A stretch of DNA of 64,000 nucleotides from a virus. The stretch is taken from the IMG/VR virus record IMGVR_UViG_3300023174_005299, positions 8,512 to 72,511 of that record; one strand, written 5' to 3'. Below the pieces are notes generated by a model that was given only the letters and a program-made list of their open reading frames with translations, searched no databases and was not told the DNA's origin. Numbering within the stretch: the stretch's first letter is position 1; each line of letters starts with the position of its first letter. Below are positions 1-10,163 of this stretch, piece by piece. A program made the translations under genes and the position numbers.

Positions 1-72
1 ATCACTAACAAGTATATTTTTTAAATGATTACCTCCGGCAGCCGGAGGAAATGGTATTATAATAGTAGTCAC
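1..72 (-). CDS. 5' part of a hypothetical (sulfotransferase-like) protein running off the window
   Basis: GTG at 72 overlaps the upstream stop (GTGA); reads MTTIIIPFPPAAGGNHLKNILVSD, a loop resembling the GPQGSGNHL start of 45911..46540. Confidence 0.5.
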   Translation of the reverse strand, partial: MTTIIIPFPPAAGGNHLKNILVSD

Positions 73-1271
73 TGTATAATTTTGTTGACTTGATATTTTT
101 CATGTGCGGCATGGTCGCGATAGCGATTGCCTGCGCGATTCCATTCTTCGCCTCGTCCTGTCATAATGTCAATTACACGATCAATGGTGCCATTATTCCA
201 GTCTGAAATCAATCCCATGTTGTGATGCGGATCACGCAACAAATTTTGCATCTTGTGATAAGCATCATCTATGCTCCAGGGAACGTAGAGCCTATTGGGG
301 TCATTTGCAAAAGTTTCAGGGAAACTGCGATAAGCAGGATATAGAACGTTGGCTCCAAGCGTGTCTGCTTCACTGACAGTGTTTGATACCCAATCTTGGA
401 GAGCACAATTAAACAACACACGAGTATTGTTAAGGTGAGCATAGTATTCGTTCTTGGTTATGTTGTCAAATATTTTGAGTTTGCCTTCTGCCTCCATGCG
501 CCGAGCACGTTCAACATACTCTGGATTGTTGCTTCGCAAAGGACCACCACTGTATATTGCAAATTCACAAGGCTCGCTGGTAAGTTCGCCATACATTTCA
601 ATCAAGTCCATAAAGAAGCCAGGCTGCTTCTCTTGATCAAATCTTGCGGCAAATCCCACACGACGTGGACGCTGATCAAATGCCTTGATGTTCTCTGCAC
701 CACCAATGCGTTCTAACACTTCTTCCTTGCCAAATGCTAGGCCACTAATATTGTATATAGGAGCACGCCATCCAGCAATGCGCATATGAGCAACCATCTC
801 TTCGTTTGTGGCGAGAACTCCATCCACGAACTCATTAACCATTTGTTCGTAGAGTCCCATCCATTTTGCCATACCCCATACATGTACGAAGTCATCAGGA
901 TCAATGGACTGAGCAAGACAGCGCACATACACGCGAGGACGTTGATCAGCAGGAACCTGATCAAGGATGTAGGGTAAACTCTCAATGCCGGGTTGAAACA
1001 TGTCTTCAAAGTAGATAACATCTTCACTGGTGACCTCTCCGTTCTTCATCATTTGAACCAAGTTCATCATCTGACTCATGCCAAAGTAACTGCGCCCATG
1101 TGCATCCAACACTTGACCTACTGAGATAGCTTGACTATTGTCAATGGTAGTTCCAGGAACATACACAACGTCAAGACCTCTACGGTCAAACACACGTCGG
1201 TTCCACTCTGTTAGTTGTAGTGTGTAGCGGGCTTCGTAGCTTTCCAAGCCCATGTAGTAGAGCTTTTTCAT
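69..1271 (-). CDS. GT-B (GT4-like) glycosyltransferase
   Basis: Start MKKLYY at 1271 overlaps previous stop (ATGA); RFDQEKQP and ALQDWVSNTVSEA motifs of GT-B C-terminal domain. Confidence 0.75.
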   Translation of the reverse strand: MKKLYYMGLESYEARYTLQLTEWNRRVFDRRGLDVVYVPGTTIDNSQAISVGQVLDAHGRSYFGMSQMMNLVQMMKNGEVTSEDVIYFEDMFQPGIESLPYILDQVPADQRPRVYVRCLAQSIDPDDFVHVWGMAKWMGLYEQMVNEFVDGVLATNEEMVAHMRIAGWRAPIYNISGLAFGKEEVLERIGGAENIKAFDQRPRRVGFAARFDQEKQPGFFMDLIEMYGELTSEPCEFAIYSGGPLRSNNPEYVERARRMEAEGKLKIFDNITKNEYYAHLNNTRVLFNCALQDWVSNTVSEADTLGANVLYPAYRSFPETFANDPNRLYVPWSIDDAYHKMQNLLRDPHHNMGLISDWNNGTIDRVIDIMTGRGEEWNRAGNRYRDHAAHEKYQVNKIIQ

Positions 1272-1498
1272 TGTTGTACTCTTGGACGGAAAGTAGGTCG
1301 AGCGTCCTGGTCCCACATGTCTTTGACATTTTTTCCTTGGGTGTACTTATTAAATTGTTGGAACGCATAACTTTTCCAGTTGTACAACTCGGCTTCGTTG
1401 TACCGATATCCAAATCGTTGACAGAACTCTAAGAAGTTTTCAAGATCTTCAAAGATCTGAGTCACACGGGGATTAGTAGTAAATGTAATTTTTCCCAT
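1268..1498 (-). CDS. hypothetical protein
   Basis: 76 aa ORF with AAGG RBS, coupled to the downstream gene. Confidence 0.7.
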   Translation of the reverse strand: MGKITFTTNPRVTQIFEDLENFLEFCQRFGYRYNEAELYNWKSYAFQQFNKYTQGKNVKDMWDQDARPTFRPRVQQ

Positions 1499-1512
1499 TT
1501 TTATTACCTTGA

Positions 1513-1956
1513 TTAAATTTTAATTGATTGAGTAGGGCGGTGAGTGTTGTACTGAATTATGGCACCGTTCTCACCATCTTCGGCGACTTCAATCCAGACA
1601 CTACGATCTGGATATCGACTTGCTATTTGTATATATAGGTCATCACTGATCATCTCACAACTTTTATAGTTGAGTTCCAGTATTCCACCGGCATAGAGAT
1701 TCTCCAGCCAACGTTTAAACTGGATGAATTCAATATCGCGATCATTATGAAAAACATCGATCCAAACTCGGAAATGAAAGATGTGTCTATGAGGCACCCC
1801 AAGGAAAGACACATCATATTCATCACCGGTCGCCAATAGTGGATCAGTGGCAGCGGCAGGGTACTTGTGGATTCCTTCTTTGCGGAAGGTGACCCAGATT
1901 TTTCTATCTGCATATTGCTTGCATCTTTCAATTTGTTCTCTTTGTTCTTGATTCAT
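1513..1956 (-). CDS. QueD/PTPS-like T-fold protein
   Basis: H..HRH metal-binding motif, SCE and C-terminal IEVAE motifs as in 6-carboxytetrahydropterin synthase-like proteins. Confidence 0.6.
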   Translation of the reverse strand: MNQEQREQIERCKQYADRKIWVTFRKEGIHKYPAAATDPLLATGDEYDVSFLGVPHRHIFHFRVWIDVFHNDRDIEFIQFKRWLENLYAGGILELNYKSCEMISDDLYIQIASRYPDRSVWIEVAEDGENGAIIQYNTHRPTQSIKI

Positions 1957-2462
1957 AATTTTGAATCTCCCTTGTAGTCATCCCAAGAAGTAAAAGTGTC
2001 ACGGCTCATCAAGCTGTGTAGACTATGGCACCAAACGCCGGGATTGGTGGCGTCAAAGTCTTTGTCATCTATTTTTAACATTGTATTATAATTCCATAGC
2101 TTTGTATATGGTATGCTTACTCGAATCTGTGGAATAAAGTTGCGATGCTCGCACAAACCACCATCATGAAATTCTTCCACATGGGTGATTGGGATATCCA
2201 AACTACACAAATAGCCCTTGCTTAAAAAAGGCTGGATCATACTTTCCCAACGTTGCCATTCAAGTGCGCTATCAGGGTGAAAGCTGTGATTGGCACCAAA
2301 GAAGATATGTTCGATGCCATCTGGATTTTTGCTAAAATGGTATGCAATTTTGTCAACTGGTTGTATGCCAACCACAAACAAAGTAGTTTTACCAAATGCT
2401 GGAGTACGCTCTACTTCGACCCCGGTAAAAAAATCAACATTGTCATGACCTTCTCGATTCAT
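1953..2462 (-). CDS. hypothetical protein
   Basis: 169 aa ORF coupled to both neighbours. Confidence 0.7.
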   Translation of the reverse strand: MNREGHDNVDFFTGVEVERTPAFGKTTLFVVGIQPVDKIAYHFSKNPDGIEHIFFGANHSFHPDSALEWQRWESMIQPFLSKGYLCSLDIPITHVEEFHDGGLCEHRNFIPQIRVSIPYTKLWNYNTMLKIDDKDFDATNPGVWCHSLHSLMSRDTFTSWDDYKGDSKL

Positions 2463-3982
2463 TATACACTATCCTCTAATGCTGTCAGTAGTTCTGGGTT
2501 TAAATCATCTTCGGAATCCAAAGGATTGTCAACGTCAAACAGGTTGTTAAACATGGTATTGGCATTCACTGCTCGCTTACCAGTATAGCCACGAGTACCA
2601 ATCACTCGTTCCCATATATTAGCATGATCATCAATAATTTGCAAGCTCTTCTGGCGATCCTTGGCTGCAAACACACGATTAATTACACTACGGAAATCAT
2701 ACCAACGATCAGTTGGGTGCAACAGCATATCTGGTCCTTGCCCAGAATCATACACTCGATTTGCACGTTGTACTGCTTCAAGGTGCATCCAAGCATTGTG
2801 TCCCATGAGCAAGGCATAAGAGAAACTGTCCCATGATGTTTTACCTTCCTTGCCAATCTTATTTAGATCACCAGGCTTGTAAATGCAGATATCGGATATC
2901 TTTAATCTACTGCTTATGGGACTATCTTCAAACTTGTCATGGATTCCATCTTGGCGCACAGCATCTCCAAACAGTCTTGAATCAAGTGAATACTTTTTGT
3001 CATCCGCAGTGGCACTCATTCTATAACTCCACTTGTCACGATTCTCAGTAACAATTGAATGATAGAGTTGTCCATTTGCTGTGGCCAAGAATGGACTTGC
3101 GCAATCAAAGCTGATGGTAAAATTGGCATTGTGATGATATCGCACAGCACGTTGAATGTCTGTGAGCAACACTGCCCACTCTAATTTACTGGTGCCCAAG
3201 AAGTGCATCCAATCATGCAGACCTTTTTCCAGCAAACCATCATGCATGAGGTTTACAATTCTCTTTAGCACAAGGTGCACATCACACATGTTCTGCCCGC
3301 CCATGCCCCACCCATCAAAGGGCCTTTGGTGTTTGGCGGGGTCGCAGTAGTCTTTCATTAGACCGTACCAATGATCAGCTTCACCGTGATTTGATCCTTG
3401 CAACACATTGAGAATCTTGACATCGCCATGACGATTGTTGATCCAGTATTCGTTGTTGAACTTACTGGCATTCACTGCATCATCATAGCTGTGAATGCCA
3501 CAGGCTGCGGCAGCTTCTTTGTTGAGGTATGTCCAAGTTGGAATGTCCATGGTGAGCCCATGGGTGGCAATACCACACTGCCATTCCAACACAGCTCGGC
3601 GTTTTTTCTCTGCGGCCTTGTCTTTGGGATCTGCCCATTGTCCGGGCCAAACACCTTTGGCAATTTGGAAACCACCCGAGTCACACAGCAATGTTGTGCC
3701 TGGCTCTCGATTCCTGAGCATGTCTTCTTTGGGAACATGTTTGGTAAGGTCCAAGTCAGCATGACCGGCACTGTAAAGACTCCACTTGTAGGGAAACAAA
3801 GCTTTTTGAGAATTCAACCAGTTCAATTGTTCCATGTCTGTTATACCTGCCGGCATTCGAGACTTGGGGATGTATTCATTAGATCGCTGTTTGCCTATGT
3901 AGGTTGCATAGAAACCCGACACTGCTGGTAAAAACAAAGCGTAGTCTAATTGTTTGGCGGTTAAGTTGTCTTGTTCAGTCAT
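2462..3982 (-). CDS. tRNA-guanine transglycosylase (TGT/DpdA)-like protein
   Basis: DSGGFQ, MDIP, VLQG, HFLG and SFDCASP motifs match the TGT barrel including both catalytic Asp positions. Confidence 0.8.
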   Translation of the reverse strand: MTEQDNLTAKQLDYALFLPAVSGFYATYIGKQRSNEYIPKSRMPAGITDMEQLNWLNSQKALFPYKWSLYSAGHADLDLTKHVPKEDMLRNREPGTTLLCDSGGFQIAKGVWPGQWADPKDKAAEKKRRAVLEWQCGIATHGLTMDIPTWTYLNKEAAAACGIHSYDDAVNASKFNNEYWINNRHGDVKILNVLQGSNHGEADHWYGLMKDYCDPAKHQRPFDGWGMGGQNMCDVHLVLKRIVNLMHDGLLEKGLHDWMHFLGTSKLEWAVLLTDIQRAVRYHHNANFTISFDCASPFLATANGQLYHSIVTENRDKWSYRMSATADDKKYSLDSRLFGDAVRQDGIHDKFEDSPISSRLKISDICIYKPGDLNKIGKEGKTSWDSFSYALLMGHNAWMHLEAVQRANRVYDSGQGPDMLLHPTDRWYDFRSVINRVFAAKDRQKSLQIIDDHANIWERVIGTRGYTGKRAVNANTMFNNLFDVDNPLDSEDDLNPELLTALEDSV

Positions 3983-4335
3983 TTAATTAAGTGTTGTGCT
4001 AATACCATACAGCTCAGCCATGCCCACATTGTGTTAAATGCAACCAAGGTTGGCAGTAGTTTTTTGTTGCTTGCCCAGATCAGTGTAAGGCTTGTTAATA
4101 ATGTAAGCCAATAAAACTGCCATAACGAAACACCAAAAATTAAGCCTGGAATGATAATTAATGCTTTAGCAGTCCAACTAGCCGCCTCAACTTTGTTATA
4201 AAAGTGGTCCCAGTATTCTTTAGTGAACCACATGTTATAACATTCTCGAATTTTATCCCAGCCTGTTTGATGATAAGTGAATGCTACTAATATTAGTGAC
4301 GCAGTAGTGGCCCATACAATTTGTTCTAGTGTCAT
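3979..4335 (-). CDS. small membrane protein
   Basis: Several hydrophobic segments; coupled ORF. Confidence 0.65.
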   Translation of the reverse strand: MTLEQIVWATTASLILVAFTYHQTGWDKIRECYNMWFTKEYWDHFYNKVEAASWTAKALIIIPGLIFGVSLWQFYWLTLLTSLTLIWASNKKLLPTLVAFNTMWAWLSCMVLAQHLIK

Positions 4336-4535
4336 TCTATTTTACCCCACTTAATTTTAAGCCATATTCGTTCATGAATATAGTAATCTACACTTAGGAG
4401 AATATGCAGTGCTGTGGCAAAACCTGTAGCACTACTGATATCTCCTGTAAACAAATATGTCCATAAGATAGTAAACAACCATGCTGTCACACGGTATGTC
4501 AACATCCTTACAACTGTTCGTTTTTTAGTTTCCAT
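4332..4535 (-). CDS. DUF2061-like small membrane protein
   Basis: ETKKRT...YR...YYIHERIWLKIKWG pattern. Confidence 0.7.
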   Translation of the reverse strand: METKKRTVVRMLTYRVTAWLFTILWTYLFTGDISSATGFATALHILLSVDYYIHERIWLKIKWGKIE

Positions 4536-5266
4536 TACTTGCTCTGTGCTGGCAATGTGTAGGTGTACACAGCAACACCAGAATTCACAATAATCTGCAT
4601 GGCACCCTCATCGCTGATTTTCATAATCTTGTCGCCATCCAGGTCCAGGATACTAATTACTTGTTTGACTGGCCAGCCCCAAGAGTGTTTCATAGAGCCA
4701 GTTATGCCGGATTCAAATACAAAGTCACCGGCATGGGTGCTGTGATCACCAAACGCAAACTTTAAATTGTTGTTGTCAACCCGTACTTTAAAGTTTGGTT
4801 GCTCACTGTTGGCCTGAGCCTGCATTTTTAATTTTGTGATACCACTGAGCTTGGGTTCAAATTCTATGTTCCAGTTAACTGGTCGCATCTTGGCAGTTTT
4901 TAATTGGTCAGACACAATCTCACTGCTCATGAATCTATAATCATTTTGAAAGTCCCCGCCAGCATTAGTAAAATGCAAGCCCACTGGAACATCAACATCA
5001 TTGCGATTTTGTTTAGTCACAGTGATATCAGCATTTTCGCGATACTCTTGAATGTTTAAAAGAATTTTTAATTTATCCAAATTGGGCATACCAAATGTAC
5101 CCACAAAGTCTGATATTGGTTGCAAGAAGCTTGCTTGCAATACCACAGATTTGTCAGTGGCCAAGCCAGCAATCTCTGTCACTGTGTCAGTGCCAATGAT
5201 TTTAACAAGGCCAATACAACCGAGGTCGTGTGTGTGTTCAACTAAGTCTAATAGATTATCTCTCAT
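4535..5266 (-). CDS. putative sliding clamp (T4 gp45-like)
   Basis: 243 aa beta-rich protein near the DNA polymerase, C-terminal YTYTLPA; clamp loader elsewhere in the window. Confidence 0.55.
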   Translation of the reverse strand: MRDNLLDLVEHTHDLGCIGLVKIIGTDTVTEIAGLATDKSVVLQASFLQPISDFVGTFGMPNLDKLKILLNIQEYRENADITVTKQNRNDVDVPVGLHFTNAGGDFQNDYRFMSSEIVSDQLKTAKMRPVNWNIEFEPKLSGITKLKMQAQANSEQPNFKVRVDNNNLKFAFGDHSTHAGDFVFESGITGSMKHSWGWPVKQVISILDLDGDKIMKISDEGAMQIIVNSGVAVYTYTLPAQSK

Positions 5267-5310
5267 GTGTTCTCCAAAAAATTTGATGGTGTATTTAGAT
5301 TAAGTCTAAA

Positions 5311-6291
5311 TTATTTGCTATTATTACTGATTTTCAAGCTCTTGTCAACGATCTTGGCCAAAGCCTGACCGCCACGCAATGTACTCAATGTTCCGGGTTT
5401 TTTAATCTCCAACCAGGTATTGCTGGCATCCAGATGCCGTTCAATTTCAACTTCGTAATTCAATGATTTAACAACTTTATGGACTTGCTGGGCAGGTGTG
5501 TAACACATGTAACTTCGTTCCACTAGTTCTACTCCGGCAGCGTTTTCACAGTTGTTGAATGTAAATGCAAATATGCCGCCGGGTTTGAGTTTTTGATACA
5601 TTTCAGTTAGATACTGAGTCATTACTTCAATAGGTTTGTAATTAAAATAGTTATAGGCCAACACAAATCCAAATTGATGATCGGGAAGTTGGTGCAATAT
5701 TGCTTGTGTGCCAGTTTCTTGTGTGCCAACTTCTTGAACCTGGTACATTCTCAATCTTTCCAGGTAATGTTGATTAAATTTGTCCTTGATTGGATGAAAC
5801 AATGCCAAGTCTTGATCAACAAGGTACAACGGATCAAGCCCCACTAGCATGTCAACCCAAGGCTCCAATCCTGGACGTAGAATCATTCCTGGGTGCCTCC
5901 AATCGCTGTATTTTTTTAGTCTCCCTGTGAGGAATTCTTCTGACTTAGATGACAACACCAGGCGCCGGTTGAGTAGGTATTCAACTGAGTCCTGGCTCTT
6001 ACCTTCCAGGTATATACGATAACTGTCTTCCAAATATGTTGGTTGCAGTGTACCAACTTCTTTGATTAAATTGGATCTAAGATTTACTATACTGTTATCA
6101 AATCTTTCAATGGCTTGACGCACCTGAGACAGGTTGAAATCAACTGCCTTGGTAAAGTTAGGATACTGTAGATCGTGTGTAGTGATTAAATGATGCAGGG
6201 GTTCTAGTTCGCCAAACACAGCCTGACGGGCATTATGTTCCAACATAGAATCAATTAGATTTAGATATCTTACTATTGCACTGAGTTTCAT
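5311..6291 (-). CDS. class I SAM-dependent methyltransferase-like protein
   Basis: C-terminal FGFVLAYNYFNY...MYQKLKPGGIFAF pattern. Confidence 0.55.
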   Translation of the reverse strand: MKLSAIVRYLNLIDSMLEHNARQAVFGELEPLHHLITTHDLQYPNFTKAVDFNLSQVRQAIERFDNSIVNLRSNLIKEVGTLQPTYLEDSYRIYLEGKSQDSVEYLLNRRLVLSSKSEEFLTGRLKKYSDWRHPGMILRPGLEPWVDMLVGLDPLYLVDQDLALFHPIKDKFNQHYLERLRMYQVQEVGTQETGTQAILHQLPDHQFGFVLAYNYFNYKPIEVMTQYLTEMYQKLKPGGIFAFTFNNCENAAGVELVERSYMCYTPAQQVHKVVKSLNYEVEIERHLDASNTWLEIKKPGTLSTLRGGQALAKIVDKSLKISNNSK

Positions 6292-8948
6292 GAAAATTCA
6301 AATAAAGACTGTAAGGTGTTATCGGTATTGGTAGCTGACTCTAGACCCCAACCCAGCACCCCCAATAAATTGTCAACCTTGCCATCGATCACAGTGGCTT
6401 CCATTTCACTGTCGTCAAATGGTAAATCTTTAAACCACTGTGGCAAATGCAATTCATCAGTGGGATAAGCAATTGATGTCCAACCCAACGGGTTTGATTT
6501 TAACTTGCAAACAATCACTTTCATGCCATCAACCACCTGCATGCTGTAGTTATCGCTGTTCATGCGCCTTAAATTATTCCAGTTCATTGCGGCACGAACA
6601 TGTCCAGGCATGTTGGCTTTGCCTAATCGAGTTTCTTCCGCGCCATACTTGGTCAAATTGTTGACACGTTTGGGTGAACCTTTTTCCCAACCTGGGCGTT
6701 CTTTAAAGATATATTTGAATTCACGGATCTTTTCAATGATTGCATCTTTGCCGACCCCTTGCAGAACATCATTGAGGATGTCACTGAGAAATTCTTGAAT
6801 CACCTTGGGCGTGTCACTGCGCTTCAAATCCAAGCCCATGGCCTTGACCTTGCCAGGCTTGCCTTCAACATCCAGGCGCTTGCCTTCTTTGTCAATGATC
6901 ATCACAGCATAACGCTTTTTAGTAATGAACAGGCCTTTGCTGGCAACAATCTCTCGACCACCTTTGATGATGGATCCATTTTCTCTAGGACAATGAAATG
7001 CTTGCTCCATGAATCCCGGAAAACTGGCATTAACTTGTTCAGCAATTGAATCATACAATTGGATACAAATTTCTTTTGACCACTCCATGCGACCTTCGTT
7101 GACTTCAGACTTGAGCACACCCCAGGCACTGAAATAACAACTATCAGTGTCGCCATAAATTATGGTTTCACCAGTGTGATCATATTTGCCAGTCACACAT
7201 TCATTGACATAGGCATCCATGTGCTTGGCAATAGCACGACCTGTGAGTGTGGTACTCTGTCCAATACGCTTGTCAAAGAATCTGCAACCAGGATTAAGAA
7301 TAGCGCCATACAGGCTGTTCAAGTTAATCTTCTTAACCAACTGACGTTTGTCCCAGTATTCTTCTTCGGCCTTAGTTGCACAAGCCTTGAGTTTGGCCTG
7401 CATTTCTTTACGTTCTGCATACCAACGTTTGAGCAAGCCTGGAATGATTCCTTCCTTGTCATAGGTGAAGATAGTACCGTTGGCTGACAGTATCCAAGGA
7501 TGATTACTGTCAAAAATTATTTTCCAAATCTCTGCGGCACTGTGCACACTTTCATCACCGTCTTGCCAGTCAATGGTGATTTCCGTGCCACGTTGTTGTT
7601 CCATCACAGCAGTGTATTCTAGGCTACCAAACAAACCCTCCCAGGCAGCCGCAAAACTCATGTTTTGTGACTGTCGGTCATGAATGTATTTGTCGGTCAT
7701 GACCGGTCTGAGTTGTCCAACAATTGTTTCGGGCCCCATGTTAAGAGCACGGATTGCTGACGGGTAGAGCGAGTTAATGTCAATGGAGCCAATGTATTCG
7801 TGAATCCCTTTTTTGGGATAAGCAACATAGGCACCTGCGGCTTGCGTATCATCATCTGTGAGTCTCTGTTGTCGGTTGGGAACTACTAAACCACGTTCGT
7901 GGGCTTCATTGATAATTGCTTGTTCAGTAACTGCCACAGCACCCATGGTGGTTTGTAACAGCACTGTGTTTTCGTGTGCCAGGGTATTGGCCAAGTCCAA
8001 GAAACGCAGTTTCTTGTCAATGGCAGCTAGTCCATTTACGTCTTGCCGGTTGTACTCGATAAATGTTTTGAAATTTTGATTGTACAATTGATCAAGTGTG
8101 CCTTCAAACTTGGTTTTGCTGCCAAGGTCCTCATACTCAAGGATGGCATCTAAGCTATAACTATGGCGTTCTTCATATGTGTACTTGCGATACAGTTGCA
8201 TGTAGTCAAGATGTACACGCCCAATTAAATCATATGTTTGTTGCTCAGAACCAAATCGTTCAAACATGCGCGGCTTAGGCAGTTGATTTAGTAGACAAAA
8301 TCGACGAGTGTCATCTTTGCTAAGGACTCGAATACATCTGTTGATGGTGTAGGGAATATCATAGCCCTCACTGTTCCAGCCACTGACCACATCTGCATCT
8401 TCAATGAGATTTAAAAATGTGTCAATGAGTTCAGCCTCGGTTTCATACACAAAGGTGTTGGGGAATTCGGCAGCAATTTCCCTAGCAGTTTCTTGACTCA
8501 TGTGCCGGGGCGGGACCACCACTGTTACTAATTGATCTAACCAATCCAAATACACTGATATGGCAGTGATGGGGTTGAATGGGTCATCGGGTCTGCTAAA
8601 ACCACGCTCGGGATCAAAGTCTACTTCAATGTCAAAAAATGCTGTGTGCAGTTTTGGTCCGTCTTGACCTTTGTAGTTTTCTTCTAGGCACCGAAAGATA
8701 GGATTGATATCACTCTCATACAATCGCTTGCTGGAGTGCATTTTGACTTCCTTGCGGAACTCTTTGTTGTTGCGTGTGCTGAAACGACTGACAGGTGTGC
8801 CATAGATGCTTTGAAACTTGCCTCTGGCATCGTCATAGTAAAAGATGTAGTTGGCAGGATACTCTCGGTATTGCCTTTCACCATCGCGGCGTTCCACAAT
8901 GTGAATGCGATCGTGTTCACGATCAAAAAGTGCGTCAATATAACTCAT
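6288..8948 (-). CDS. family B DNA polymerase with 3'-5' exonuclease
   Basis: FFDIE, WNSEGYD exonuclease motifs; DINSLYPS, KINLNSLYG, YGDTDS, KKRY polymerase motifs. Confidence 0.97.
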   Translation of the reverse strand: MSYIDALFDREHDRIHIVERRDGERQYREYPANYIFYYDDARGKFQSIYGTPVSRFSTRNNKEFRKEVKMHSSKRLYESDINPIFRCLEENYKGQDGPKLHTAFFDIEVDFDPERGFSRPDDPFNPITAISVYLDWLDQLVTVVVPPRHMSQETAREIAAEFPNTFVYETEAELIDTFLNLIEDADVVSGWNSEGYDIPYTINRCIRVLSKDDTRRFCLLNQLPKPRMFERFGSEQQTYDLIGRVHLDYMQLYRKYTYEERHSYSLDAILEYEDLGSKTKFEGTLDQLYNQNFKTFIEYNRQDVNGLAAIDKKLRFLDLANTLAHENTVLLQTTMGAVAVTEQAIINEAHERGLVVPNRQQRLTDDDTQAAGAYVAYPKKGIHEYIGSIDINSLYPSAIRALNMGPETIVGQLRPVMTDKYIHDRQSQNMSFAAAWEGLFGSLEYTAVMEQQRGTEITIDWQDGDESVHSAAEIWKIIFDSNHPWILSANGTIFTYDKEGIIPGLLKRWYAERKEMQAKLKACATKAEEEYWDKRQLVKKINLNSLYGAILNPGCRFFDKRIGQSTTLTGRAIAKHMDAYVNECVTGKYDHTGETIIYGDTDSCYFSAWGVLKSEVNEGRMEWSKEICIQLYDSIAEQVNASFPGFMEQAFHCPRENGSIIKGGREIVASKGLFITKKRYAVMIIDKEGKRLDVEGKPGKVKAMGLDLKRSDTPKVIQEFLSDILNDVLQGVGKDAIIEKIREFKYIFKERPGWEKGSPKRVNNLTKYGAEETRLGKANMPGHVRAAMNWNNLRRMNSDNYSMQVVDGMKVIVCKLKSNPLGWTSIAYPTDELHLPQWFKDLPFDDSEMEATVIDGKVDNLLGVLGWGLESATNTDNTLQSLFEFS

Positions 8949-9011
8949 AGTCTCCGTTTGTGGCCGGTAAGCCGTGATGTGTGCTCGTAAAGTGAGCGGC
9001 TCTTGTTGTTA

Positions 9012-9040
9012 ATTATACACAATTTGCTTGACATTGTCAA
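9012..9040 (-). promoter_or_regulatory. sigma70-type promoter for the DNA polymerase gene
   Basis: TTGACA-N17-TATAAT on the minus strand; 17 bp palindrome 9026-9042 over the -35. Confidence 0.85.
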
Positions 9041-9091
9041 GCTCATTTAGTATTTTTATTTGGTTAGTGATTGGTATATAAGCTTGCATAC

Positions 9092-10159
9092 TCAAATAAT
9101 ACTGTTAAGAAATTGTAATGAAGATTGATTCTCGGACTCACACACTTTGTAAAAGTTTCCAGATAATATATGATTTTGATTGTGTAAGGACGATTTGTGC
9201 ACACAACTGGTAAGGTCTTTTAAATTGATGTCCTTGAGATCATCAATCAATTGAATAATTTGCTGGAACCTTGACAAATTCCCAGCATCATTGTCCCAGT
9301 GTCGATTAAATCCGTAGTCAAACTGAAATCCTAGATTTTCTAATATCTTGTATGTATGGTATTGTCCTACTGGAACTAATGCTGTTCCGGCCACCAAACA
9401 TTTGAGAGTTTTTTCTGTAATGTATGGCCCTGGGTAGATAAATTCTTTATCGTCGACTATCATATAACTGTAATGAAAGCTTTCGTTAGAAAAATGTACT
9501 ACAGTATCGGTGTACCAGGGCTTCCAGGGATTACCGGATGATGTATGCTCGGTCTGTGCGTTTGAAAAATCATCTAAGCGAATTTCTTTGCCCTGGTATT
9601 TTTCTTGGAATTTTGTTGTAAGCTGATCTAAAACAGTATTTCCGGTCAGTTGCCAATTGTGTACGTTTTTATCTTCAATCCAGTTTCCTAAAATTATCAA
9701 ACTCTCATCTGCGGCAACTTCAAGTAACTTAGTGGTAATCCAAACTTTACTCTGTGAGACTCGATTACAAACTGTGCTAAATTTATAATTTCTCTCATGA
9801 GATACTGGATTGCCAAACCACTCAAGCATTAGGTCTGTCTGTACATGCCAATAAAAAAACGGCAGAAAAATCAGTCTTTCGTGGTCTGACGGCATAGGTT
9901 CGCCGTCATATAAACAAATTATAGTTCCAGTTACTTGTTTAAGTTGTTCCGATAGCCAATCAAGATTGACTGCTTCTATGTGGTATGACACAAAATAAAA
10001 ATCATAGCCATCTGGCAGACTTACCGTTTGATGCCAAGTAAGACCCAGTGCAAGATATATTTTTGCACTAGACTTAATTTGCTTGAGCCAGCTATATGCC
10101 GGAATGTCTGGCACCTGATCTTTTGGACCATGCCAGAGATTTGGATAAAACATTGGCAT
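9092..10159 (-). CDS. hypothetical protein (possibly glycosyltransferase-related)
   Basis: 355 aa ORF; NES...ITEKTLK motif recalls GT10-like C-termini. Confidence 0.55.
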   Translation of the reverse strand: MPMFYPNLWHGPKDQVPDIPAYSWLKQIKSSAKIYLALGLTWHQTVSLPDGYDFYFVSYHIEAVNLDWLSEQLKQVTGTIICLYDGEPMPSDHERLIFLPFFYWHVQTDLMLEWFGNPVSHERNYKFSTVCNRVSQSKVWITTKLLEVAADESLIILGNWIEDKNVHNWQLTGNTVLDQLTTKFQEKYQGKEIRLDDFSNAQTEHTSSGNPWKPWYTDTVVHFSNESFHYSYMIVDDKEFIYPGPYITEKTLKCLVAGTALVPVGQYHTYKILENLGFQFDYGFNRHWDNDAGNLSRFQQIIQLIDDLKDINLKDLTSCVHKSSLHNQNHILSGNFYKVCESENQSSLQFLNSII

Positions 10160-10163
10160 GGTA

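Noticed and set aside
32-48. Perfect inverted repeat CCTCCGGC-A-GCCGGAGG as a terminator
   Set aside because: One-base spacer, no U tract, and it lies in a coupled ORF encoding PPAAGG
6288-8948. Intein or intron in the polymerase
   Set aside because: 886 aa with normally spaced motifs and no splice signatures
8951-8985. Resemblance of CACGGCTTACCGG to the RNase P RNA 3' end or the SAM/SAH riboswitch
   Set aside because: No GAGGAAAGUCC partner for RNase P; closing stem and CUUCC pseudoknot of SAM/SAH are missing
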